From Balamuthia mandrillaris (taxonomy: Eukaryota), in NCBI GenBank assembly GCA_031835245.2, contig JAVKOQ020000022.1:310001-351002 (forward strand): a DNA stretch of 41,002 nt, in the 5' to 3' direction. Both the position numbers and the translations under genes were made by a program. The notes under the pieces were generated by a model. The model was given only the letters and a program-made list of their open reading frames with translations, was not told the origin of the DNA and searched no databases. Positions 11,635-23,153 of the stretch are shown here, in pieces (the stretch's first letter is position 1; each line of letters starts with the position of its first letter).

Positions 11635-12132
11635 ATGCAAATGAGGACACCACACCCTACTCTGTCACCCGAATCTATATTCATACAAGAGGAATGGGCC
11701 TTCAACGAGTATAGCAAAACGCTTTTCCGTTGGGCAAAGAAGCAACAGCACCAGAAAGCTCAGCCGCCGAGTACATCCTGTGGCGAACGAAAAAGAGTAG
11801 TTTCTGTGGTGATTCCTTCAGACCCCGAAGAAACGGAGACACCAACAGTTGCGTTCCAATACCCGCTCTCAGACAAAAGCCGCAACAGGATCCCCACCAG
11901 AAGGAAGGAACCTTGCTCTGCCTTCAGCTTCTCTCCCCGGAAGGAGCGGAGCAACGGATTGGCGAAAAAGACAAAGACCATGATAGCAGCAGACAAAACG
12001 AAACGACTCTTACGGCCTCTTGCCATTGGAGCGAGTTCCTCTCTTGCAGCGATATCAGAGGAAGAGCCACTCTCGCGAACAACTGCGCCAAATAGTTTTG
12101 ACAAGGAAAACATATCGAGTCCAGTCGCATGA
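11635..12132 (+). CDS. Hypothetical protein (disordered, S/K/P-rich, C-terminal DKEN)
   Basis: 165-codon open frame with non-repetitive composition in an otherwise unassigned gap. No family recognised; start uncertain. Confidence 0.4.
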   Translation: MQMRTPHPTLSPESIFIQEEWAFNEYSKTLFRWAKKQQHQKAQPPSTSCGERKRVVSVVIPSDPEETETPTVAFQYPLSDKSRNRIPTRRKEPCSAFSFSPRKERSNGLAKKTKTMIAADKTKRLLRPLAIGASSSLAAISEEEPLSRTTAPNSFDKENISSPVA

Positions 12133-12635
12133 CTAGAGACAACACCTTTAATCATTTTGCTTTATCTTTTCAAAATTGTATCATCACTGTATTCTTGTAT
12201 TGTATCCAAGCACAACAAACAAAGAGTGTACATATACTTCTTCTCGATAAACTTCGGTTTCTTTCTCCCTTCTCTCACCTACCATCCCTGCCGTCTAACG
12301 CAAGCCCCTCGATGTCGTTCGGTCGTTACCAAGAGAGGGCTTGTGCGGATAGAAAAGCAGAGCAAATTAATTCAAACAATCTACCACCGAAATTTCTGTT
12401 AACTTTTTTTGGTTCTGAAGAAACCTTTTTATGGAGAGCAGCGTCGCTTCAGCAGCCTAACGAGCGCATAACGCAAGCACTCGACGGAGAGCAAGTCCCA
12501 CGAAACAGCACGAACTACGTGGTTGTTTCGCAGCGGTGCCGTCGGACAAATATACTGAAAAGGTTAATGAGGACCAGTTACTACCATTCGTTGTTTTTTT
12601 TTTGAATTTTTTTCTTTGAGTTTAAAGAGATCTCC

Positions 12636-14138
12636 TCAATATAAACTTCCGCTCTGATGGCCGAACGGTCGGAAGGGAGAAGGAGTGGCTGCTGGTTGTT
12701 GTCTTGTTGACGGCGGCTGGAAGGGCGAAAACGCTGGCGTCGCTGTGAATGGTCCTTGTTTGTTGGTTTTTGCGTGTAATGTTTTTTTTTTAAAAAAACA
12801 CGGAGAAGAGAACGAGAGAAAGAGAAAACAGAGGAAGAAAAAAATAGAGGAAAGAGAGTACCCTTGGGGGTTAAGCGAATGATGTGACTGTCATTAGTGT
12901 CGCTTAACATGTAGGGAATGACCTTTTCTTGCGGAGGCAGTGTTTTAAAGTTCTCGTCTTGAAGCTCATAATTAGAATAAGATACTGCCACATTCCACCT
13001 TTTGGTTTTGTGTTTTGGTGAAGTTGTTGGGAGAACATCAACAAGAGAGAAGGTGAAAGAGAATAGCGAAACGAGAAGAGAAAGACCGGAATGTGGAAAG
13101 AGAACAGAGGGAAAGAGAAGGGGGGAGAAAGGGAAGAGAGAGCGAGAGGTACCGAATTGTGGCACGTCGCAAGAGTTCCTCAAATGTATCATCTTCGCTG
13201 AGTTTAAACGGATGCAACTCTCCATAACAGACTACAACCTCTCCTGACAGCTTGCCTTCCTTTCTCTCTGTTGCACCAATGATTGGTGAAGATGTTAACA
13301 TCTCTCCACGCTCCGATGTTGTAGCCTTGTCTTTGTAATGAAGAAACGCAGAGGAAGCAGAACCCATCAGTTTTCCCAATTGGTCCGAATGCTTGTTTAA
13401 CTTTTCCAACGGGACCAATTGTGCGATGACGCGAACCGCGGTGACTGCTCCGACTACAGGAAGAGGATAAGGCAGAGGAAGCAAAGGATGGTTATCCATC
13501 AGGCAGCCTACAAGGTGCTTTTGAGAGTAGGGAGGCAGGGAGAGGAAGATGGCTGCTCCTTGGCCCTCTGGCAGTTGACGCCATAGTTGAACGGCATAGT
13601 TGGCCAACGCGGGTACTCCATCTCTTGCTATCTAAATTCACAATGTCACAATGTTAGTAATAGAGAGACCAGAAGGACGAAAGAGAGCATAAAGAAAGCA
13701 AGACCTAAGAGAATAGATAGAACATATGTGCAAAGACAAGTAGAGCAGAGAGAACGAGGGTGAGAGGGGTAGTAACCTGTTGCTCGAAAACGGGGTTGAA
13801 TGTACAATCTAAGAAATAAACATGAGACTTAGTGGCATGTTGCTGGAGGAAGGACGTATGGCGGAGCCCATTGTTCACGTCCGGCTGTTCTCTCCCGGCA
13901 GCAAAGCCAGCATTCATGTGCATGGTTCCACCACCAACAGGCCTTTTTTGTTCATCGAGAAGGAGGTGTGTGAATGAATAAGAGAAATAAGGGCTAACGG
14001 AGCGAGAAAGGCTCTTACATGAGGAAAGCAAATAGTTTCTCTTTCTCTGTGGTGACTCTTTGTTGCTCGTGTGAATACATTGTGTTAAGCAGGTTTTGTA
14101 TCTGGTAATTACAATAACGTCCGTAAGATATCAAGAGA

Positions 14139-14169
<31 letters not shown>

Positions 14170-14918
14170 GAGAAATAAAGAAGACAAGGTATAGGGAAAC
14201 AAAGGGAAAGAAAAGAAGAGGGAGCAGCATAAGAAGAAGGAGAGTAAACTGGCTGAAAAAAAACCTGTTCATTGGGTGGGCCAGAGAAGAAGAACTTCAA
14301 CACTTGAAAGAGCTGGAGGGAGGTCAGCCTCTCCCTCTGCTGGTACAGGTGCGTCAAGAGCTTGTTCCTCTGCTCCAGGCTGGCCACGTTGAGCAGCTGC
14401 ACCATCTCCTCGTGGCTGAGCTCCTCCCACCGCTTGCCGTGCAGCAGCAGCTCCACCAGCCTCACCAGGTTCTGCTCCTTGTCGGGGAGCTGCGAGGAGT
14501 TGAGCGCCCATCCCAGCAGCCGCCACAGCTCCTTCTTGCCCATCATCTGGGCGGCGTGCGCCCTGGAGTGGAGCAGCTGCTCGGCGTGCTTGAGGGCCTT
14601 GCCGTTGTTGGCCTGGCTGGGGCAGAGGGCCATGAAGTCAAAGAGCTCCTCGTTGGAGAAGTCGGAGAGGTCCCTGGAGAGGAGGACGGAGAGGAGGCGC
14701 TGCTTGAAGGGCCGGAGGTTCTCCTCCTCTTTGGCGGCGGCGGCTCGGCGGAGGTGGCGCAGCAGGTCCTTGGTGGGCAGCTTGGAGAGCTCCTGCTCGG
14801 ATTGGGCGAGGGGCAGGTCTTGGGGAGTGTGGCGGTGGTTGTTGTTGTGGCCGGGCCCGCCTTGCTGCCCCTCCTTGTCGCGCTCTTTCTCCTTCTCCCC
14901 GCTCTGCTGCTGCTGCAT
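12636..14918 (-). CDS. Hypothetical multi-exon protein, alpha-helical N-terminal half
   Basis: GC-rich exon 14266-14918 with strong codon bias, then further open exons (~14040-14102, ~13777-13955, ~13240-13632, ~13150-13230, ~12862-13000, 12636-12754) separated by CT-rich GT-AG introns. Ends GHQSGSLY*. No family recognised. Confidence 0.7.
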
Positions 14919-14981
14919 CTTTCTTTCTTTCTTTCTTTATTTGTTTTTATTTGTCCGCAAAAAATAAATATAGGCCTGCAC

Positions 14982-15315
14982 CTCCTCTCCTCTCACTGCT
15001 CTCTTCTCTCTTCTCTCTTCTCTCTTCTCTCTTCTCTCTTCTTCTCTTCTTCTCTCTTCTCTCTTCTCTCTTCTCTCTTCTCTTCTCTCTCTTTCTTCTC
15101 TCTCCTCTCCTCTCCTCTCACTGCTCTCTTCTCTCTTTTCTTCTCTCTCCTCTCTTCTCTCTTCTCTCTTCTCTCTTCTCTCTTCTCTCTTTTCTTCTCT
15201 CTCCTCTCCTCTCCTCTCACTGCTCTCTTCTCTCTTCTCTCTTTTCTTCTCTCTCCTCTGCTCTTCTCTGCTCTTCTCTGCTCTTCTCTCCTCTCTCCTC
15301 TGTTCTGCTCCTCTC
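14982..15315. repeat. Degenerate (TCTCTTC)n polypyrimidine/polypurine tract
   Basis: About 330 bp almost entirely C/T on the + strand, between two minus-strand genes. Confidence 0.9.
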
Positions 15316-15648
15316 AGCAATAGCAGCCGGCCACGACCTTGCTTGCCGCTCCCGAGTGTTCCAGCGGATGGCCAACGGACCGCCCTCGCTTTTCACTTCT
15401 CCTCGCAGGGAGTTTTTTCATTCGAAAGGGGGACCGGTCTGAAGTAACTCAAGTAGTTCTTCTTTCTGTTTATTTTTTTTATAATAGCCCAAGGCGTTTC
15501 ATGTGGATTGAGTTTGTCTGGGCCGCTTGTTTGGTGGTGGTTGCTTTTGTGCGTTTTTGTTGCTTGTTTTGGTTTCGTGCGCGCCTTTCTTGTTGCCTCC
15601 CTCGCTAGCTCCGTTTTCGTCTTTGTGTTGTGTGCGGAGAGAGAAAGG

Positions 15649-16131
15649 TCAGAAAGAACAGCGTGGAAGATGAGCGGAGAAACGCTTACCTTGGTTCGTT
15701 TTTCGCTTCTTCCCTTTCCCTTTTCTCTTCTCCTTTCTCTTCTGTTTGATCTTATCCCAAAACCCAGTTTCGTCCAGGCGCAGCTCTGCCAGCTTCTTGG
15801 CGGTTGAGGCTTCGTTCAAATGGACCAAGACGTCCGTCTCTTTGGCTTTGTGCTCCGTCAACTTTTGTCCTGTCTCTTGTTCGATGCTCAGCACTCGCTC
15901 CACGTCGAATTGGGTAACAAGAGTGATGGCATGACCTTCCTTATCAGCTCTGCCGGTACGACCGATGCGGTGCATGTAGTCTTTGGTGCTGCCTGGCACG
16001 TCGTAGTTTATCACCAGAGCAACTGTAGGAATGTCCAATCCTCTGTTTATTTTTCGGTGTTTTTGATTTGTCATAAGAAAGATAACAAACTAACGAAAGG
16101 GGAAGAGGAGGAGGAGGAGGAGGAGGAGAGA

Positions 16132-16167
<36 letters not shown>

Positions 16168-17762
16168 CACAGAATGACAAACCTGCTTGCAACGTCAGTG
16201 GCCACCAAAATGCGAACTACAGAAGAACGAAAACGAAAGAGAGAACGATTGCGATCTGCCTGGGAGAGTTGTGAATGCAATGGCGTGGCTGGAAGCTCCA
16301 ACTGCGTCAACAAAGAGGCCACCAACTGTGCCACTGAACAAGTGGATGTGAAGATGATGATGGAGGACTCGCTTGGTGGTGATCCAACCAATCCGCTTAA
16401 ACCATCTGGTGCTCCTTCTCCGCCTCCTTTGAGCTTCGTCTTTGTGGTCTTCTTCTTGGAAGAAGCAGATGAAGCAACGCCTTCGGCAATGGAACCTCCC
16501 ATTCGAGAAGCCAAACTTTGTTCGTTGCGCCTACGCTCTTGTTCTGCCTCAAACTCTCGCAACAAGTAGACTAGATAACAGTCTTTGACCTTGGCGGGCA
16601 TGAACATGTATTCTTGCAGCAGCTTGGCCACCGGTTGGTAGGTCTTTCCTTCGGGAGAGGCGTCGAAACGGAACATGTTGGGGTTGCTTTTTTCCAAGCG
16701 ACGGATGCTTTCGTTCATTGTAGCTGAGAAGAGCAACGTTTGTCTATAGTTGAGATAGAGTGAGATGAGGAAAAAAAGGACCAAGAAAGCAGAATGGACA
16801 ACGAAACAATAAAGAATGATACACGCAGAAAAGTGGTGCACGAAGGAATAGTGTGAGAGAAAGGAAAGAGAACCGTTTCCTGGGCATGATAGACAAAAGA
16901 CACCCCATGCTCTCAGCAAAACTCTTTTCCAAAAGACGATCAGCCTCATCAAGAACCAAAAACCGCAACTTCTTGAAGCAAGCCTGATTGTCCTGATGAC
17001 TCTGAAGGTGGTCCATGAGTCTTCCCGGTGTTGCTATTACCACGTGTGGCCGTTTGGTCAACTCAATTCCTTGTTGTGTTCTGTCTATTTATTTTGTTTT
17101 GTGTTATGGTTTTTGGAAATAGAGAGGGTATAAACGACTGAGAGAAGAGGAGGAGGAGGAGAGAATCGTTACCCATGCCACCAACAATAACGGCAACTCT
17201 AAGGCCAATGGTATTGCCCAACGCCCTAAACTGATCTGCAATCTGGAAGGCCAACTCTCTGCAGTCGCGTTTGTTTCATAAGAAAGAAACGCCTGAGAAA
17301 TGCGGGAAGAAAAGAAGGCAGAGAAAGGAGAACGAGAGGACTGAAACGAACAAGAGGTACAAAGGACAACAGAACAAGAGACGGAGCAGAGAGAACGAGA
17401 GGAGAGGAGAGAAGAGAAGAGCCAAGAGGAAGAGAGAACGAGAGGGAACCTCGTAGGAGTTAGCACTAGAGCAAAGATGCCAAATGGGTCTTCGGAGAGC
17501 TTCTGAAGGATCGGCAGAGCAAACGCCGCCGTCTTACCGCTGCCCGTTTCTGCACTGCCGATTATATCTCTGCCTTCACGTCACAAGTCACCAGGACGTT
17601 AGAGAGGACAAACAAGTGGAGAAGGGAAGCAAGTCACAAAGAGAGAAAGAGAAAGAGAAAGAGAAAGAGAAAGAGAAAGAGAAAGAGAAAGAGAAAGAGA
17701 AAGAGAAAGAGAAAGAGAAAGAGAAAGAGAAAGAGAAAGAGAAAGAGAAAGAGAAAGAAGAA

Positions 17763-17793
<31 letters not shown>

Positions 17794-17871
17794 AAGAGAA
17801 AGAGAAAGAGAAAGAGAAAGAGAAAGAGAAAGAGAAAGAGAAAGAGAAAGAGAAAGAGAAAGAGAAAGAGA

Positions 17872-17902
<31 letters not shown>

Positions 17903-18345
17903 GGACCAGAGAATGAAAAGAAGGAGAGGAGAGAGAAGGAACCTTGAAGAGCGGGAGGGACGCAGTGCTCTTGGATGAGGGTCGGTGTGTAAAGGCCCAT
18001 CTCTCTGCAGTTGTCTATCAACCAGCGGCTCAGTCCTAGGTCTTCCCAGTCCTTTGGCCTCCGCTTTGGGGCCGGTCTTGCTCCCTCTGGTGATTTACCC
18101 TCACCTCCGCTCGCTTCTTTGCTTATTTCCGCTTCTTCATCCTCTTGAGCTTCTTCCTCCTCCTCCTCTTCTCCCTCTTCTTCTTCCTCTTCCTCTTCCT
18201 CTTCTATTTCTTCGCTGTCCTCCTCTTCCTCTGCGCTCTCTTCCTTCTCTTCCTCCTCTTGAGGTTCCCCGTTCAAGGCGCGTGCGGTCTCTTCGTCCTC
18301 CTTGGAACGCGTTTTGCTCTTCCTTTGCTTCGAAGCCTTATTCAT
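15649..18345 (-). CDS. DDX49: ATP-dependent DEAD-box RNA helicase DDX49/DBP8
   Basis: Q motif ([15 protein letters not shown]), [45 protein letters not shown] (typical of DBP8/DDX49), [32 protein letters not shown]. Acidic N-terminus. Confidence 0.93.
17641..17902. repeat. (GAGAAA)n hexamer microsatellite, intronic
   Basis: Reverse complement of the hexamer at 8564-8998; lies in DDX49 intron 1. Confidence 0.95.
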
Positions 18346-18811
18346 TCTTCCCCAAAAAACAAAGTACAAAGAAAGGAGCGACTGTGCTCTCTCTCTCTCT
18401 TGTCTTCAGCGGTGCGGTGCGGTGCGGCAACGGCGTTCTTCTTTCTTCTTTCTTTCTTTCTTTCTTTCTTTCTGAATGGGGATAATAGACTAATAGAAAT
18501 TTAGGTTACATAATAGAGTGGTTAATCATTAATAATTGGATAATAGGCTAATGGAGTCTTCAACTAAACATAATAAGGTGGTTCATCAACAGCATAACAA
18601 GCCTAATATGCTTTTTACCATGTCGTCACGAGTTAACTCTGTGTGCTCCACGACAATGGCCACATGGAAAACGAAAAACAAGAGGAAGGGGAAGGAGAGC
18701 ATTGGTTTCATCTCCCTTCTCTCCTTCTCTTCTTTATTTTGTTTCGTTTCAAACAAATAAAAAAGTTTTTTCAGTTCAAAAAATAGTTCAATTAGGTTTT
18801 ACTCATAGGGC

Positions 18812-19306
18812 TTAAGGCGTGCCGCCGTCCCGCTTTCTGATCCTCACGCACATGATGATGCTGACGCAGAGCACCGGAGGACAACACAGGAAGCACAACC
18901 CTCCAATGACCACCATGGCGATGCCCCTAGCAAGGGACTTGTGGTCCTTGCAGACAATGTTGCCAAACTGGTCGGTGCAGTGACAGGCATCGGAGCCGCC
19001 GGTTTCCATGAAGCCGCAGTCAAATGAAGGACAGTCTGAATTGACTGCCTCTGTGTCGCAACAATCCAGTCCATCATCTGTTCTTGTACAAAGCAAAGAA
19101 GATAGAGGAAAGAGAAGAGAGAGAGCTCAGAGAGCTGCAAATGAAAGGGAAGGAAGGATGGAAAAGGTGGGACCTGTGTAGTCGCAAATGTTTTCAATGT
19201 CTTCTGCCAGCAAAACGGAGCCAGCAATCAGAATGGCAACACCACCAAACACCAGCAAGCAGGAGAGTGGTAGAGTAACCCATAGCATCGCAGCTTTGGA
19301 CACCAT
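18812..19306 (-). CDS. Small cysteine-rich protein with two hydrophobic segments (2 exons)
   Basis: Exon 1 MVSKAAMLWVTLPLSCLLVFGGVAILIAGSVLLAEDIENICDYT, then a CT-rich GT-AG intron, then a Cys-rich loop and GIAMVVIGGLCFLCCPPVLCVSIIMCV followed by basic RIRKR. Confidence 0.7.
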
Positions 19307-19437
19307 CTTTTTTTTTTTTGTGGTGCTCGTCTGGTCTTCTGCTTTCTCGCTTTTTCGGTCTTGTAAATTATAATTTGAGGTATCCTATATTGAATAATAA
19401 TAATTATTTTGCTGTCTCTCGCGCCCTGCACGAGAAA

Positions 19438-19524
19438 GAAGAAGAAGAAGAAGAAGAAGAAGAAGAAGAAGAAGAAGAAGAAGAAGAAGAAGAAGAAGAA
19501 GAAGAAGAAGAAGAAGAAGAAGAA
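19438..19524. repeat. (GAA)n trinucleotide repeat, intergenic
   Basis: Pure GAA run of about 29 units just downstream of the GNAT stop. Confidence 0.95.
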
Positions 19525-19537
19525 CAAAACATCTATT

Positions 19538-20392
19538 CTAAACATCCTTGCTTTCTTTTCCTTTAGTACCAACAAAGTCATCCGCTCTCCGAAGGTACAT
19601 CAACCAATCTGGATACTCGTGTTCGGTACCTTCGAACATGATCAACGTCGGCGGTGATACGTCCTCTGCTTCTCCCCTCTTCTCTCCACCATCATCAACA
19701 TTCTCAGAGCGAGAAGAATCAGAAGGAGCAGCAGTAGAAGGAGCAGGAGGTGCGCAGATGAACCCCTGTTTCTGATAAAACGGAACGTTTTGTGGCAACT
19801 GAGTGGTAAGCGTAACAGCCACAGCCGGAAAGCGTTCGGCCAGACAGGCAAGCGCTTGCCTCAACAAGCGTGTGCCTATACCACGCCCCTGAAATGCTGG
19901 GTCCACTGCCATCATCATTATCTCCCATCTGCCTCCGGTGCTATCGCTGCCAGTGCCCGCTGCATGTTCTAGAGGAGGGTCGATACGAAGCATGGCTTCA
20001 TGGTGCAGCTTGGAGCCAGCGGAGAGCGAGCTTTGTAGTCGTCCCAGGCTTTCGAGGCCCCACCACACCGGCCAAAGGAGCACGCCGTGACGCACCATGG
20101 TCCAAGTGGGGGGTTTGGCCGCCTCCGGCGAACAAGCACAAACGCAACCGATCAAGCGAGAAGAGGCTGAGGAAGAGGAGCGAAGACGTGCACACCATAG
20201 CATGCCGCCCAGCTCCTGAATGATGCGAAGACGACGCTCAAAGAACCAGACGAGGGCTTGGGGGAGCGCAGCTTTGTTGGGGAATAAGTAGGAGTAGGCT
20301 GGGTTGTCCGTGAACGCTGCGGAGTAAAGCCGAGTGGCATCCTTGAGGTCCCGCTTCAAGTCAAGCGTATCGATAACCACTTCTTCTTCCAT
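19538..20392 (-). CDS. GNAT-family N-acetyltransferase, intronless
   Basis: Acetyl-CoA binding motif A MAVDPAFQGRGIGTRLL and motif B NVPFYQKQGF. N-terminal AFTDNPAYSYLFP resembles puromycin-N-acetyltransferase-like GNATs. Confidence 0.9.
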   Translation of the reverse strand: MEEEVVIDTLDLKRDLKDATRLYSAAFTDNPAYSYLFPNKAALPQALVWFFERRLRIIQELGGMLWCARLRSSSSASSRLIGCVCACSPEAAKPPTWTMVRHGVLLWPVWWGLESLGRLQSSLSAGSKLHHEAMLRIDPPLEHAAGTGSDSTGGRWEIMMMAVDPAFQGRGIGTRLLRQALACLAERFPAVAVTLTTQLPQNVPFYQKQGFICAPPAPSTAAPSDSSRSENVDDGGEKRGEAEDVSPPTLIMFEGTEHEYPDWLMYLRRADDFVGTKGKESKDV

Positions 20393-20791
20393 GTGTTTCG
20401 GCTTTTTTTTCCCTCTCTTTGCTCTTTGAGCCTGCGTGTTGCTAGTGGTGGGCTGGTAGTGGAGCTGGTTCTGCAGGCCTCCAAGGTTGGTTGGTTGACC
20501 GGACAACCAACTGTTCGCTGAGGTTGAGCTCTTCCTCTTCTTTGGTTCTTCTCAGCGTTACAGCATCCTCCTCCGTCGAAAAGTCACCCTAAGGCTGCTC
20601 AAGGGATGCTCAGAAGATGCTCAGGGTCTGCTGCTGAGGTGCTGTTTTCCTGAGGGGTCGAAAATTTAATATTTATCATTTTATCATCAAAAATATTCGA
20701 TAATTGAAGATAGTAGTGAAAATTTCAGATTTTCTTGTTCTTTTCGTAAAAGAGAGAAAAAGAAAAGAAAAGAAAGGGAAGGAGGAGGAGG

Positions 20792-22069
20792 ATGGGGAAG
20801 AGGCAGCGACAGCAGAAGCGGAAGCAACAACAGGCCCTGTTGAAGGAGGCCGAGGAGACAAAGAGGAAGGAAGCGGAGGAGGAGAAGGAGGAAACCAACG
20901 GCAAAGAGGAGAAGGAAGAAAACGAGGAAGAAGAGGAGGACGAGGAACAAAACGGAGTTGACCCGGAGGACAGCGAGGAAGAAGAAGAAGGCGAGGAAGA
21001 GGAGGAGGAAGAGGAAGAAGAAGGAGAGGAAGAGGAAGAAGAGGAGCAGACAGAGGATGCTGAAGCAAAAGCCGACACAAACAAAAGCAAGCAAGCCAAA
21101 GCCAAATCTAAAAAATCGAAAGAGCCGCAGCGGACGTTGGAGCCCTTCAAAAACAAACAGAAAGTGCTGGTGCTGAGCTCTCGCGGAGTGACCTCTCGCG
21201 AGCGCCACCTGATGAACGACGTTCGTCGCCTGCTGGCGCACAGCAAGAAGGAGGCCAAGCTGGAGGCCAAGAACGACTACGCCATGGTGAGGGAGGTGGC
21301 CGACCTCAACAACTGCAATAACGTCATCTTCTTTGAGGCGCGCAAGCGACAGGAGCTCTTCATGTGGCTGGCCAAAACGCCCAACGGACCCTCCGCCAAG
21401 TTTCTCGTTTTGAACAGTTTCGTATTGCGCCTCTCTCTCTCTCTCTCTCTTTGCCTTCTCTCTTCCGCTTCTCTGCTTCTTTTATATTTCTCTCTTCTCT
21501 TCTCCTTCTTTGTTGTTTCTCGCTACTCTCTCTCTCTCTCTCTCTCTCCCCTCTGCCCCTCCTCTCGTTCCTCTTCTCTGCTTCTCTTTCTGTTGTTTTG
21601 GCACTCAAACCACTTTGGTAACTGATAACGAAACCACTACAAAACACAACATAGTTCACACAATGGACGAGCTGAAGCTAACAGGCAACTGTTTGTGGGG
21701 CTCCCGCCCGCTGCTCTCCTTCAACAAGGCCTTTGACTCTGCGCCTCACTGGATGCTCCTGCGCGAGATGCTGACCCAAGGCTTCGGCACGCCGCGCGGC
21801 CACCCCAAAGCCAAACCCTTCTTTGACCACGTCTTCACCTTTAGCCTTCAGGACAACAAGATATGGTTCCGCAACTATCAGATCATTCACAAGGCCAACA
21901 AGACGGAGCAGCCCGCGTTGGTGGAGATCGGCCCGCGCTTCGTGCTGGACCTCTATCGCATCTTTGAGGGTTGTTTCGGAGGGCCTACGCTTTACTTGAA
22001 TCCTTTCTACACTGCTCCTTCTTTGGTTCGTTTCTTCTTTCTTATCGTTTCTTATCGTTTCTTATCGTT

Positions 22070-22129
<60 letters not shown>

Positions 22130-22408
22130 GTCGTTTCTTTCTTGTCGTTTCTTTCTTTCTTGTCGTTTCTTGCTTTCTTGTCGTTTCTTTCTTTCTTTCT
22201 TGTCGTTTCTTCCTTGCGGTTTCTTTCTCTTTGTTGCCTAACGCAAACAAACAACAAAAAAACAACCAACCAGCAACGGATGCAAGCTGCGAAACACGAC
22301 CACTCGTCCTACGCAGACCGACTCCGCCAGAGAGCACAGAGGAAGCAGTACCGCGCTGAAAACTTCGCTCTTCCTCCCGATGAGCTCGCCGATGTCTTCA
22401 CTTCCTAA
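20792..22408 (+). CDS. BRIX1: Ribosome biogenesis protein BRX1 (Brix domain), 3 exons
   Basis: NKQKVLVLSSRG..RHLMND, CNNVIFFEARK, PNGPSAKF, HTMDELKLTGNCLWGSRPLLSF, DNKIWFRNYQI, LVEIGPRFVL. Confidence 0.95.
22028..22215. repeat. (TTTC)n / TCGTTTCT compound microsatellite, intronic
   Basis: Fills BRX1 intron 2. Confidence 0.85.
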
Positions 22409-22500
22409 CTTCTTTCTGTTTCTCTTTTTCATATTTATAACGATAAAAAAGAGTTTTTTTTCCTCCTTGCTGCACTTCCTTTTCTTTTCTTTTCTTCTCT

Positions 22501-23096
22501 TTAAAAAAGAACAGTAGCTGCAGCACGGGCGACTTCCTCCTGAACTTGCTGAGCAAAGTCCTTTTCCTCCTTCTCGATGCCTTCGCCAGCTTGCCATCTC
22601 ACAAACTGCTTCACGGCAATCTTTCCGCTCAACTTCTCCTCTTGCCTTTTCAAGAACGCTTTCACGGGTTCATTTCTTGCTTCCTCCGCTGCTCCTCCGT
22701 TCTGTTGTTGTTCCCCTTCCTCTTCATGAGGAAATGTAACTATTTCTTGTTCCATCAAAGCCAACTGACGATAAGCCTCTTCTTCGCTATTGTTGCCCCT
22801 TTTGGCGTTCTCTTCTTTCCAACTTTGCAAAACGGAAGAAGGAACCTCCTCTTTGGAGGTATAGAGAGGCCCTGTCCTGGCAATATGACGAGCCAACAGG
22901 TTGGCTGTTCTTTGCAACCTTTGGGTTGAGGGGGAGGAGGATGCAGACGAAGGTTGATAGAGCAAGTGGACGAGAGCAGCTTTGGTGCCGACCTCAGGGT
23001 ATTCTCCAGGTGGGTTGTGAGCATATCCTCCTACTACCGATGATGCGTCCTTTTCTGTGTTTGTTTGTTTCCTGCTCATTAGCATGAAGACAATGA

Positions 23097-23153
<57 letters not shown>

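Noticed and set aside
12301..12345. CAAGCCC..GGGCTTG stem as a possible H/ACA snoRNA hairpin
   Set aside because: Stem is short, with no convincing second hairpin or ACA box.
14304..15323. 339-aa + strand ORF
   Set aside because: Antisense of a high-GC3 exon running into a CT microsatellite; no independent coding signal.
18480..18554. Imperfect 17-nt direct repeat GGATAATAGRCTAATRG upstream of DDX49
   Set aside because: Two mismatched copies in AT-rich DNA; too weak to call a regulatory element.
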